The notes below the pieces were generated by a model that was given only the letters and a program-made list of their open reading frames with translations, was not told the origin of the DNA and ran no database searches. Both the position numbers and the translations under genes were made by a program. This document shows, one piece after another, positions 20,442 to 28,571 of a stretch of DNA of 64,000 nucleotides (positions are counted from its first letter, which is position 1; each line of letters starts with the position of its first letter). The DNA comes from Bacteroidales bacterium (GTDB taxonomy: Bacteria > Bacteroidota > Bacteroidia > Bacteroidales > WCHB1-69), in assembly GCA_047638115.1 (NCBI GenBank), contig JBLJBB010000010.1:18172-82171 (forward strand), given 5' to 3'.

Positions 20442-21548
20442 ATGAAACAACTATCTGCATTTATCATCAAAGAGTTTTACCATGTGTTTCGAGACTGGAA
20501 AACACTATTGCTCCTATTCGGATTGCCAGTTATTCAGATCGTACTGTTTGGATTTGCACTCTCCAATGAAGTAAAAAACTCAAAAATTGTGGTTTGTGAC
20601 TATGCTAAAGATCAGGCAAGTCAACAAATAATCACCAAATTGGAAGCCAGCAACAATTTTGAAGTGGAGAAATCGCTGCTCAGTGAAGCACAAATTGAAA
20701 ACACTTTTAAAGAGGGAAAGGTAAAGTTAGCCATAATAATTCCAGAAAACTTCTATAACGATTTGAATCACAGTCATAAAGCACAAATAAGAATCTTAGC
20801 TGATGCCTCAGATCCAAACTTAGCCACTACTTTAACCAGTTACGCTAGTAATATAATCATGGATTACCAAAATAGTTTGCTTGGGAAAACAGAAATCCCT
20901 TTGCAAATCAATAGTGAATTAAGAATGTTGTACAATCCTGAACTAAAAGGAGCAACCAACTTCGTACCAGGCGTAATGGCTCTCGTGCTTTTACTGGTTT
21001 GTGTGTTAATGACCTCAGTTTCTATAGTAAAAGAGAAAGAGAATGGCACTATGGAAGTGTTATTGGTATCCCCTTTTCACCCATTTTTGGTAATTATTGC
21101 CAAAGCGATTCCCTATTTAGCGCTCTCCATTATTAATCTTTCTGTCATTTTGTTACTAAGTGTCACGTTATTGGGATTAGAGATCAATGGAAGTTTAGTA
21201 TTGTTATTTGCAATCAGTATTTTGTTCATTATCTGTGCATTATCTATAGGTTTATTAATTTCAAATGTTACAAATTCACAACAAACAGCCATGTTAATCT
21301 CCTTGTTGGGGATGCTTATTCCCACATTACTCCTCACCGGATTCATGTTTCCTGTAGAAAACATGCCTTGGCCACTCCAATGGTTGTCGAATATCGTACC
21401 CTCAAAATGGTACTACATGATGATCAAATCGGTAATGATCAAAGGATTAGGGTTTAGTGCCATTTGGAAAGAGACCCTTATTTTGGGAGGAATGACCCTA
21501 TTTCTACTTGGAATGAGCATCAAAAAATTTAAAATCCGTTTAGTATGA
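20442..21548 (+). CDS. ABC-2 type transporter permease
   Basis: N-terminal TM, a large periplasmic loop, then five clustered TMs (YbhS/YbhR topology). The ATG at 20442 is preferred over the track's TTG at 20436, which overlaps the upstream stop. Confidence 0.85.
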   Translation: MKQLSAFIIKEFYHVFRDWKTLLLLFGLPVIQIVLFGFALSNEVKNSKIVVCDYAKDQASQQIITKLEASNNFEVEKSLLSEAQIENTFKEGKVKLAIIIPENFYNDLNHSHKAQIRILADASDPNLATTLTSYASNIIMDYQNSLLGKTEIPLQINSELRMLYNPELKGATNFVPGVMALVLLLVCVLMTSVSIVKEKENGTMEVLLVSPFHPFLVIIAKAIPYLALSIINLSVILLLSVTLLGLEINGSLVLLFAISILFIICALSIGLLISNVTNSQQTAMLISLLGMLIPTLLLTGFMFPVENMPWPLQWLSNIVPSKWYYMMIKSVMIKGLGFSAIWKETLILGGMTLFLLGMSIKKFKIRLV

Positions 21549-22666
21549 GCACTTTCAGACACTTACTCATCAAAGAGTTCAGACAAATTTTCAGAAATAA
21601 GATGATATTGTTCATCATTTTTGTTGCTCCCACTGTTCAATTACTAATTTTACCTTTAGCTGCTGATTTTGAAATTAAGAATATAAATATTGCCATCATT
21701 GATCATGACCGATCACCCATAACCCAACAATTAATTTCAAAAATCGAATTTTCTGATTACTTCAAATTGGTTCATTATAGCGATTCCTATCGGGAAGGGG
21801 TAAAAATGGTAGAAACGGATAAAGCAGATCTAGTATTAGAGATCCCAAAAGGGTTTGAAGCCAATCTCACTCGGGAAGGGAAACAATCCCTTTTCATCGC
21901 CATCAACGCCATTAATGGAATGAAAGCGAGTGTTGGGGGAGGATACCTTGCACGAATCATCAACAATTTTAATCAAGAGATTCGAATGAAAGCAATCGGA
22001 CCAGAACGAGTTGCACCCCTTCCCTCTATTGAGATATCTAATGTAAATTGGTTCAATCCTTCTCTAAACTACCAAACTTTTATGGTACCTGGCATATTAG
22101 TATTACTGGTTACCATGATTGGTGCCTATATGTGTACTTTAAATATTGTAAAAGAGAAAGAGATGGGCACTATTGAACAAATCAATGTAACTCCCATTAA
22201 AAAATATCAGTTTATATTAGGGAAACTGATCCCTTTTTGGATCATTGGGATGTTGGTATTTAGTGTGGGACTCTTTGTTATTGCTCGTTTGGTTTACGGA
22301 ATTGTACCTATGGGATCACTGTGGTTGTTATACGGTTTTTTAGGGTTGTATCTCATTGCTGTAATTGGGATTGGGTTGCTTATTTCCACGATTGCCAATA
22401 ATCAACAACAAGCTATGTCGTTGGTTTTCTTTTTTATGATGATATTCATCCTCATGGGGGGATTATTCACTACCATTGACAGTATGCCCAATTGGGCACA
22501 ATGGATCTCGAAGTTTAATCCTGTTACCTATTTTATAGATGTAAACAGAATGGTAATCATGAAAGGGAGCGGATTTCAGGATATTAAAACCCATTTTTTG
22601 ATCATGGCAGGGTTTGCCATTTTTATCAACTTCTGGGCTGTAGTTAATTATAGAAAAAGAGTGTAA
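21545..22666 (+). CDS. ABC-2 type transporter permease (paralog)
   Basis: Same topology as the preceding permease and shares the KEKE(M/N)GT(I/M)E block. ATGA start/stop overlap. Confidence 0.85.
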   Translation: MSTFRHLLIKEFRQIFRNKMILFIIFVAPTVQLLILPLAADFEIKNINIAIIDHDRSPITQQLISKIEFSDYFKLVHYSDSYREGVKMVETDKADLVLEIPKGFEANLTREGKQSLFIAINAINGMKASVGGGYLARIINNFNQEIRMKAIGPERVAPLPSIEISNVNWFNPSLNYQTFMVPGILVLLVTMIGAYMCTLNIVKEKEMGTIEQINVTPIKKYQFILGKLIPFWIIGMLVFSVGLFVIARLVYGIVPMGSLWLLYGFLGLYLIAVIGIGLLISTIANNQQQAMSLVFFFMMIFILMGGLFTTIDSMPNWAQWISKFNPVTYFIDVNRMVIMKGSGFQDIKTHFLIMAGFAIFINFWAVVNYRKRV

Positions 22667-22838
22667 TTATATCTAATATTTCTTTGAACGTTTCAAAACT
22701 AATATTTATAGATTGTGACAAAATTCTTTTTGTTTGTTATCCAAACTTAGATTTTCTGCCAAAATTACATTATTTATTTTAAAACGTGTCATTTTGTCGT
22801 TATTTGTGCTCAATTTAACTTTAGCACGCTTTTTGCTA

Positions 22839-22846
22839 TAAGTTTA
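22839..22846 (+). promoter_or_regulatory. imperfect -7 box TAAGTTTA for groES
   Basis: 7/8 match to TAnnTTTG, 36 nt upstream of the groES ATG. An 8-bp-arm inverted repeat lies just upstream (22806-22827). Confidence 0.3.
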
Positions 22847-22881
22847 TCGAAAATAAATTTAAACTAAAATACAAATCAATT

Positions 22882-23157
22882 ATGAAAGTGAACATTAAAC
22901 CATTGGCAGACCGAGTTGTAGTTGCTCCGGCTGAAGCTGAACAAAAAACCGCGGGTGGAATCATTATCCCTGATACCGCTAAAGAGAAACCTCAAAAAGG
23001 AACTGTAGTTGCTGTTGGTCCTGGTAAAAAAGATGAACCTATGACAGTTACTGTTGGGGATACCGTACTTTATGGAAAATATGCTGGGACTGAACTTACC
23101 ATCGATGGGGAAAATTATCTCATCATGAAAGAGAGTGATATCTTTGCAATCCTTTAA
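22882..23157 (+). CDS. groES: co-chaperonin GroES
   Basis: [10 protein letters not shown]...[29 protein letters not shown] is unambiguous. Confidence 0.98.
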   Translation: MKVNIKPLADRVVVAPAEAEQKTAGGIIIPDTAKEKPQKGTVVAVGPGKKDEPMTVTVGDTVLYGKYAGTELTIDGENYLIMKESDIFAIL

Positions 23158-23212
23158 TTTTCAACTTTTTTAAACAATTTTTAAAATATTAATCATTAAA
23201 TAATAAACAATT

Positions 23213-24841
23213 ATGGCAAAAAACATAGTTTACGACTGGGAAGCACGCGATGGTCTAAAAAAAGGTGTAGATGCATTAGCTAATGCAGTGAAAGTTACTT
23301 TAGGTCCAAAAGGGAGAAATGTAATTATTGACAAAAAATTTGGAGCTCCTCAAATTACTAAAGATGGCGTTACCGTTGCTAAAGAGATCGAATTAAGCGA
23401 TGCTATTGAAAATATGGGTGCACAAATGGTGAAAGAAGTAGCTTCTAAAACCAATGATCAAGCAGGTGATGGTACTACTACCGCAACCGTTTTGGCTCAA
23501 GCGATCTTTAATACTGGCTTGAAAAACGTTACCGCTGGAGCAAACCCTATGGATTTGAAACGTGGTATCGATATCGCTGTTGCTGAAGTGATTAAAAACT
23601 TAAAAGGGCAATCTCAAACCATTGGCAGCAACCACGAAAAAATTGAACAAGTGGCTACTATTTCTGCTAATAATGACAGTTCTGTAGGAAAAATCATTGC
23701 TGAAGCAATGGATAAAGTGAAAAAAGAGGGTGTAATCACCATCGAGGAAGCTAAAGGTACTGAAACTCATGTTAAAATTGTAGAAGGTATGCAGTTTGAC
23801 AGAGGGTACATCTCTCCTTACTTTATCACAGACGCTGAAAAAATGGAGTCTGTATACGAAAATCCTTTCATCCTGATTTACGATAAAAAAATCAGCAACA
23901 TGAAAGAGTTTTTACCCGTATTGGAAAAAGTGGTACAAACAGGTCGTCCTTTGTTAATTATCTGTGAAGATGTTGAAAGTGAAGCTCTTGCAACCCTTGT
24001 TGTGAACCGTCTTCGCGCTGGTTTGAAAATCGTAGCCGTAAAAGCTCCAGGTTTTGGCGACAGAAGAAAAGAGATGTTGGAAGATATCGCAATCTTAACC
24101 GGTGGTTATGTGATCTCTGAAGAGAAAGGTTTCAAATTGGAAGATACCCAACTTGAAATGTTAGGAAATGCTGAAAAGATTGTGGTTGACAAAGAAAACA
24201 CAACCATTGTAAGTGGTAAAGGACAAAAAGAGAATTTAGAGGGTAGAATTGCTCAAATTAAATCTCAAATTGAAAAAACAACCTCCGATTACGATCGTGA
24301 AAAACTACAAGAACGTTTAGCAAAATTAGCTGGTGGTGTGGCAGTTATCTATGTAGGAGCTGCTTCAGAAGTGGAAATGAAAGAGAAAAAAGATCGTTTT
24401 GACGATGCACTTCATGCTACTCGCGCAGCTGTAGAAGAGGGGATCATCCCAGGTGGTGGTGTTGCTTATCTAACTGCTATTGAAGCTCTTAACGGATTAA
24501 CTTTCGAAAACGAAGATCAAAAAATTGGTATTGAAATCGTTCGTAGAGCGTTAGAGGAGCCACTTCGTCAAATCGTTACCAATGCTGGTAAAGAGGGATC
24601 TGTTGTGGTAAACGCAGTAAAAGAGGGAAAAGGTAAAATCGGATACAATGCCAGAACTGATGTATACGAAGACTTGATCAAAGCCGGAGTTATCGACCCA
24701 ACCAAAGTAGCACGTGTAGCTTTAGAAAACGCCGCTTCAATCGCAGGTATGTTGTTAACTACTGAGTGTGTTCTAGCTGAAATCAAAGAGGAAACTCCTG
24801 CTGCTCCGGCCATGCCAGGCGGTATGCCAGGAATGTACTAA
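23213..24841 (+). CDS. groEL: chaperonin GroEL
   Basis: [14 protein letters not shown] and [11 protein letters not shown] blocks, with a GGMPGMY tail. Confidence 0.99.
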   Translation: MAKNIVYDWEARDGLKKGVDALANAVKVTLGPKGRNVIIDKKFGAPQITKDGVTVAKEIELSDAIENMGAQMVKEVASKTNDQAGDGTTTATVLAQAIFNTGLKNVTAGANPMDLKRGIDIAVAEVIKNLKGQSQTIGSNHEKIEQVATISANNDSSVGKIIAEAMDKVKKEGVITIEEAKGTETHVKIVEGMQFDRGYISPYFITDAEKMESVYENPFILIYDKKISNMKEFLPVLEKVVQTGRPLLIICEDVESEALATLVVNRLRAGLKIVAVKAPGFGDRRKEMLEDIAILTGGYVISEEKGFKLEDTQLEMLGNAEKIVVDKENTTIVSGKGQKENLEGRIAQIKSQIEKTTSDYDREKLQERLAKLAGGVAVIYVGAASEVEMKEKKDRFDDALHATRAAVEEGIIPGGGVAYLTAIEALNGLTFENEDQKIGIEIVRRALEEPLRQIVTNAGKEGSVVVNAVKEGKGKIGYNARTDVYEDLIKAGVIDPTKVARVALENAASIAGMLLTTECVLAEIKEETPAAPAMPGGMPGMY

Positions 24842-24865
24842 TCGTCACTTTATTGACTAAATGGA

Positions 24866-24893
24866 AAGGATCACTGCAAAGTGGTCCTTTTTT
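24866..24893 (+). terminator. rho-independent terminator after groEL
   Basis: AAGGATCACT-GCAA-AGTGGTCCTT (one G-U pair) followed by TTTT. Confidence 0.75.
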
Positions 24894-24900
24894 GCTTTCA

Positions 24901-24928
24901 GCTATCAGCTTTTGGCTATCAGTTTTTG
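24901..24928 (+). repeat. 14-bp tandem duplication GCTATCAG(C/T)TTTTG x2
   Basis: Read directly, 13/14 identical. It lies just after the groEL terminator. Confidence 0.9.
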
Positions 24929-24963
24929 TATTTTGTTGATTTATTGGATGTTGCCTGAAGATC

Positions 24964-25019
24964 ATTTGCTAATTCAAAAATTTGCTGATTTGGTAATTTG
25001 CTGATTTGCAAATTTTTTC
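24964..25019 (+). repeat. seven tandem octamers, consensus ATTTGCTN
   Basis: ATTTGCTA ATTCAAAA ATTTGCTG ATTTGGTA ATTTGCTG ATTTGCAA ATTTTTTC. The array ends 20 nt before the -7 box at 25040. Confidence 0.85.
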
Positions 25020-25039
25020 TTACATTCAATTTCTTTTTT

Positions 25040-25047
25040 TATATTTG
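25040..25047 (+). promoter_or_regulatory. candidate -7 box TATATTTG, 150 nt upstream of the CDF gene
   Basis: Exact match inside TTTTTTTATATTTGCAAATCAATAA. No closer TAnnTTTG precedes the ATG at 25197. Confidence 0.45.
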
Positions 25048-25196
25048 CAAATCAATAATTCACACCTGCTCATGACTATAAGAATAACAATTCCTCCAAT
25101 GCAATACAATGCAATTTATATGCTTTCCAGGAGATTGAGGAAACAAATATTGAGTTAGCAATATTAATGAAACGACCCAACCCACAACGATAGATT

Positions 25197-25994
25197 ATGA
25201 AAAAAACAACATTTAAAATATCTAAAATGGATTGCCCATCCGAAGAACAAATGATTCGGATGAAACTTGCCGACTTGACAAACATTAAATCGTTGGACTT
25301 TGATATTCCGAACCGTCAACTGACTGTTTATCACACTGACAATCACGACCAAATTTTTCAACGACTCGACAATTTAAAATTTGACACTTCAATTATTAAC
25401 ACCATTTCGGTAGATAATTTCAAATCAACAACAAACAACACTTACCAGGAAAGAAAATTGCTTTGGCAAGTTTTAGCGATTAATTTTTTCTTTTTTGCTC
25501 TTGAAGTTACGACAGGTTTTATTTCTCATTCAATGGGACTTGTGGCAGATAGTTTGGATATGCTTGCAGACACTTTCGTATATGGACTTGCACTTTTTGC
25601 AGTTGGTGGAACATTGACACGAAAAAAGAATATAGCTAAATCAGCAGGTTATTTTCAGATGATACTTGCTGTTTTCGGATTCATTGAAGTAATTAGACGA
25701 TTTATAGGAAGTGAACAAGTTCCCACATTTCAAACCATGATAATTATTTCCATTTTAGCACTTATCGGAAACGGAATTTGTTTGTACTTACTTCAAAAAA
25801 GCAAAAGTAAGGAAGCTCATATGCAAGCAAGTATGATTTTTACATCAAATGACGTACTTGTAAATCTTGGAGTAATTATAGCAGGCGGACTTGTTTACTG
25901 GACTAACTCAAAGTATCCAGACCTTTTCGTTGGGACAATTGTATTTTTAATTGTCGGAAATGGTGCATTTAAAATTTTAAAACTATCAAAATGA
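25197..25994 (+). CDS. cation diffusion facilitator-type transporter with N-terminal HMA-like domain
   Basis: The N-terminal ~65 aa have a ferredoxin-like HMA fold pattern, with FKISKMDCPSEEQMIRMKL (DCxxEE variant) replacing CxxC. The TM core carries the CDF site-A-like motifs HSMGLVADSLDMLAD and SNDVLVNLGV. The protein ends right after TM6. Confidence 0.7.
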   Translation: MKKTTFKISKMDCPSEEQMIRMKLADLTNIKSLDFDIPNRQLTVYHTDNHDQIFQRLDNLKFDTSIINTISVDNFKSTTNNTYQERKLLWQVLAINFFFFALEVTTGFISHSMGLVADSLDMLADTFVYGLALFAVGGTLTRKKNIAKSAGYFQMILAVFGFIEVIRRFIGSEQVPTFQTMIIISILALIGNGICLYLLQKSKSKEAHMQASMIFTSNDVLVNLGVIIAGGLVYWTNSKYPDLFVGTIVFLIVGNGAFKILKLSK

Positions 25995-26069
25995 ATATCA
26001 TAATCAACGAATAATAAACTTTAAACCTATTTTAACCTCCATCAATTAACAAATCAAAAAATATAAAAG

Positions 26070-26378
26070 ATGAATGAGAACCCATTAAAAACATTTGTTG
26101 ATGAAGCACCAAATGTGCAGAAAGCATATGCAGACTTCATCCAATCTTTAATAGCTGAAGAAGGCCTAGACAATAAGACAAAACAGCTCATCTATATCGG
26201 TATGAAAATGATTACCGATGATGAAAGAGCCGTTAAAATGCATGTGCCTATGGCAAAAAATGCGGGAGCAACAAGAGATGAAGTGAAAACAACTGTTCTT
26301 CTAGGATTGTCTGTTATTGGCATGAAAGCTGTTACTAAATATCTGCCATTGGCATTAGAAAGTTACGATGAAAACTAA
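26070..26378 (+). CDS. carboxymuconolactone decarboxylase (AhpD-like) family protein
   Basis: ~100-aa all-helical CMD pattern (LDNKTKQLIYIGMKMITDDERAVKMHVPMAKNAGATRDEV). No CxxC. Confidence 0.65.
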   Translation: MNENPLKTFVDEAPNVQKAYADFIQSLIAEEGLDNKTKQLIYIGMKMITDDERAVKMHVPMAKNAGATRDEVKTTVLLGLSVIGMKAVTKYLPLALESYDEN

Positions 26379-26392
26379 TTTAATGGTTGACA

Positions 26393-26424
26393 AATTGTCT
26401 ATTTGCTAATTTGCTAATAATCCA
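26393..26424 (+). repeat. four tandem octamers related to ATTTGCTN
   Basis: AATTGTCT ATTTGCTA ATTTGCTA ATAATCCA. The array ends 30 nt before the -7 box at 26455. Confidence 0.75.
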
Positions 26425-26454
26425 AATTTTTCATTGTATATCTAAATTTTTTTT

Positions 26455-26462
26455 TATATTTG
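26455..26462 (+). promoter_or_regulatory. candidate -7 box TATATTTG with no gene for ~240 nt
   Basis: Exact match inside TTTTTTTTTATATTTGCCAATAATAA, near-identical to the cassette at 25033-25057. Confidence 0.4.
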
Positions 26463-26679
26463 CCAATAATAAATAAACCAAATACTCTACTAAAAGGTGA
26501 ATAATGTAACCCAAATTTATTATAAAACAAATACGTTGTTAACTGAATTGTACCATAAGAAAAGGGATAGGAAAAAGATTTACGTATGAAATCCGTAATT
26601 GGCTAATTTGATTCACGAAACATTAAAAGTTATTTAAAATTATCTTTAGATTTAAAATTTTTATATTAATTTGATTTTG

Positions 26680-26687
26680 TATTTTTG
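26680..26687 (+). promoter_or_regulatory. candidate -7 box TATTTTTG for yhcG-like gene
   Basis: Exact match ending 15 nt before the ATG at 26703, which implies a very short leader. Confidence 0.5.
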
Positions 26688-26702
26688 CTAAAAATATGTA
26701 TC

Positions 26703-27713
26703 ATGACTAAACAGATAGATAATTTAGAGATATATCAAAAACTTGTTGATTCAATTGGAGATACAATTACGAGTGCGCGATTAAGAGCAATTCAAACTGT
26801 AAATAATGAGTTGTTAATGGCAAATTGGAAGATTGGTAAATACATAGTGGAATATGAACAAAATGGGAACGAAAAAGCTGAGTATGGCAGTTCATTGTTA
26901 ACAAACCTATCCAAAGATCTAAAATCAAGATTTGGAAAAGGGTTTAGTAAAAGCAATATTTATTTGATGAGGCAATTTTATTTGAAATACCAAATTTTCC
27001 AATCAGTGACTGGAAAATTGACATGGACACATTTTGCTGAATTATTGAGCGTTACTGACGACCATTCAAGAAGCTATTATGAAAAACAAGCTGTAAATGA
27101 AAATTGGAGTGTACGTGAATTAAAAAGGCAAATAAGTTCATCATTATTTGAAAGATTGGCCTTAAGTCAGGATAAAAGTGGAATTTTGAAACTATCGCAG
27201 AAAGGACTTGTAGTTTCAGAGCCAAAAGATATTTTAAAAGATCCTTATGTACTTGAATTTCTACACATTAAAGAGGATACAAGAATGACAGAGAGTAGTT
27301 TAGAACAAAAAATTATTGACCATCTTCAAATATTTTTACTTGAATTAGGAAAAGGCTTTTCTTTTATCAGCAGACAATATCGCATAACTTTGGACAATGA
27401 CCATTACTATGTTGATTTAGTATTTTATCATAGAATACTCAAATGTTTCGTATTAATTGATTTGAAAACAAAACATGTTAAACATCAGGATATTGGACAA
27501 ATGAATATGTACTTGAATTATTTCAAAATTGAGGAAAATACTGAAGGAGATAATCCTCCTATTGGGATAGTTCTCGGTGCAGATAAAAATGACATATTAG
27601 TTGAATATGCAATTGGTGGAATTTCAAACAATATTTTTGTTTCAAAGTATCAGTTATACTTACCTGACCGAAAAGCACTCGAACAAAAGGTAAAAGAATT
27701 AATATTTGAATAA
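26703..27713 (+). CDS. YhcG-family PD-(D/E)xK nuclease domain protein (DUF1016)
   Basis: The N-terminal half (LRAIQTVNNELLMANWKIGKYIVEYEQNG..AEYG) and the C-terminal nuclease core (YYVDLVFYHRILKCFVLIDLKTKHVKHQDIGQMNMYLNYF) are typical of DUF1016/YhcG. The ATG at 26703 is chosen because the track's TTG start (26685) lies inside a -7 box (26680-26687). Confidence 0.8.
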   Translation: MTKQIDNLEIYQKLVDSIGDTITSARLRAIQTVNNELLMANWKIGKYIVEYEQNGNEKAEYGSSLLTNLSKDLKSRFGKGFSKSNIYLMRQFYLKYQIFQSVTGKLTWTHFAELLSVTDDHSRSYYEKQAVNENWSVRELKRQISSSLFERLALSQDKSGILKLSQKGLVVSEPKDILKDPYVLEFLHIKEDTRMTESSLEQKIIDHLQIFLLELGKGFSFISRQYRITLDNDHYYVDLVFYHRILKCFVLIDLKTKHVKHQDIGQMNMYLNYFKIEENTEGDNPPIGIVLGADKNDILVEYAIGGISNNIFVSKYQLYLPDRKALEQKVKELIFE

Positions 27714-27782
27714 TAACAGCCCATAACAAACGCTTAAACAATCTGGATATACTCCACTTGATAATCAATAAAAAAAACATTT

Positions 27783-28217
27783 ATGGAATCAGAAAATGTA
27801 ACATTACTTTTAAGAGAGAAAGAGGTGGAACCCTCCAATGAAGTTTTGGAAAACGTTATGGGGAAAGATCTTTTTCTGATCTATCAGGAATTAATCCAAA
27901 TTTTCACACATGATTTTAACCTGGAACCTCAATGGAACTTTTACAAAGATGGAAATTCCTGGTTGTGTAAAGTGGTGTATAAGAAAAAAACGATCCTTTG
28001 GCTCTCTGTATGGAATGGCTATATTAAAACTGGCTTCTATTTTACGGAAAAAACAGGAAAAGGAGTTCTTGAATTAGATATTGATAATCAAATTAAAAAA
28101 CTATTCGAATTAGCAAAACCTATCGGAAAACTTTTACCATTAACTTTTGAGATTAATCATCAAAACCAAATTAAAGACTTAAAAGAGGTCATTCGATATA
28201 AGAAAGAACTGAAGTAG
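27783..28217 (+). CDS. DUF3788 domain-containing protein
   Basis: The ~144-aa size and the block QWNFYKDGNSWLCKVVYKKKTILWLSVWNGYIKTGFYF match my recollection of DUF3788. Function unknown. Confidence 0.5.
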   Translation: MESENVTLLLREKEVEPSNEVLENVMGKDLFLIYQELIQIFTHDFNLEPQWNFYKDGNSWLCKVVYKKKTILWLSVWNGYIKTGFYFTEKTGKGVLELDIDNQIKKLFELAKPIGKLLPLTFEINHQNQIKDLKEVIRYKKELK

Positions 28218-28236
28218 CAGAACTTCAGGACTTTTT
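28209..28236 (+). terminator. weak hairpin terminator candidate after the DUF3788 gene
   Basis: CTGAAGT-AGCAGA-ACTTCAG (7 bp), then GAC and TTTTT. The stem is AT-rich and overlaps the stop codon. Confidence 0.35.
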
Positions 28237-28344
28237 AGAACTTGTTGAAAAAGATGAATGCCATTGTTTTTATGTTTAAAAATATTGAGAAATTAATCAT
28301 ATTCCGACTGATAAATTATGCACTATATATTAATAATCACTATT

Positions 28345-28371
28345 GTCATTTCTCACTTCGTTCGAAATGAC
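28345..28371. repeat. REP-like hairpin, copy 1
   Basis: GTCATTTC-TCACTTCGTTC-GAAATGAC: perfect 8-bp stem with an 11-nt loop. Confidence 0.8.
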
Positions 28372-28397
28372 GATCAATTATTAATATTTATGGAATT

Positions 28398-28422
28398 GTC
28401 ATTCAGAGCGAAGCGATGAATC
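28398..28422. repeat. REP-like hairpin, copy 2 (inverted relative to copy 1)
   Basis: GTCATTCAGAGCGAAGCGATGAATC. The loop GAGCGAAGCGA is 9/11 identical to the reverse complement of the copy 1 loop (GAACGAAGTGA). The stem ATTCA/TGAAT is shorter. Confidence 0.65.
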
Positions 28423-28525
28423 TATATGTTTTTGTCGAACAATAGTGTTTAAATTGTAAATATATCGTTATTGATTTGCAATAAAAGTATTTTTTTTGAA
28501 GATATGTTCATTTAAAATCTTTTGC

Positions 28526-28533
28526 TATTTTTG
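28526..28533 (+). promoter_or_regulatory. candidate -7 box TATTTTTG for the DUF2200 gene
   Basis: Exact match, 39 nt upstream of the ATG at 28572. Confidence 0.5.
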
Positions 28534-28571
28534 TAAAGACATTTAATTTAAAATCTACAAAAACAATAGGA

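Noticed and set aside
22806-22827. Possible CIRCE (HrcA) operator upstream of groES.
   Set aside because: Canonical CIRCE is TTAGCACTC-N9-GAGTGCTAA. Here the half-sites are in the opposite order with a 6-nt spacer and one mismatch, so it is not CIRCE as defined. It is kept only as a generic inverted-repeat finding.
24861-25001. 46-aa plus-strand ORF (MERITAKWSFFAFSYQLLAISFCILLIYW...) right after groEL.
   Set aside because: It is composed of the groEL terminator hairpin plus the tandem word arrays. It is a translation artefact of repeats.
25055-25196. NiCo (czcD-motif) riboswitch in the CDF gene leader.
   Set aside because: The leader is very AT-rich and I cannot find the GC-rich conserved junction nucleotides or the four-helix arrangement of that class. 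Only a covariance-model scan could settle it.
25076-25361. Two overlapping minus-strand ORFs (25076-25285 and 25164-25361) opposite the CDF gene start and leader.
   Set aside because: They run antisense to a well-supported transporter gene and its leader. They have no upstream promoter motif and no recognisable motifs.
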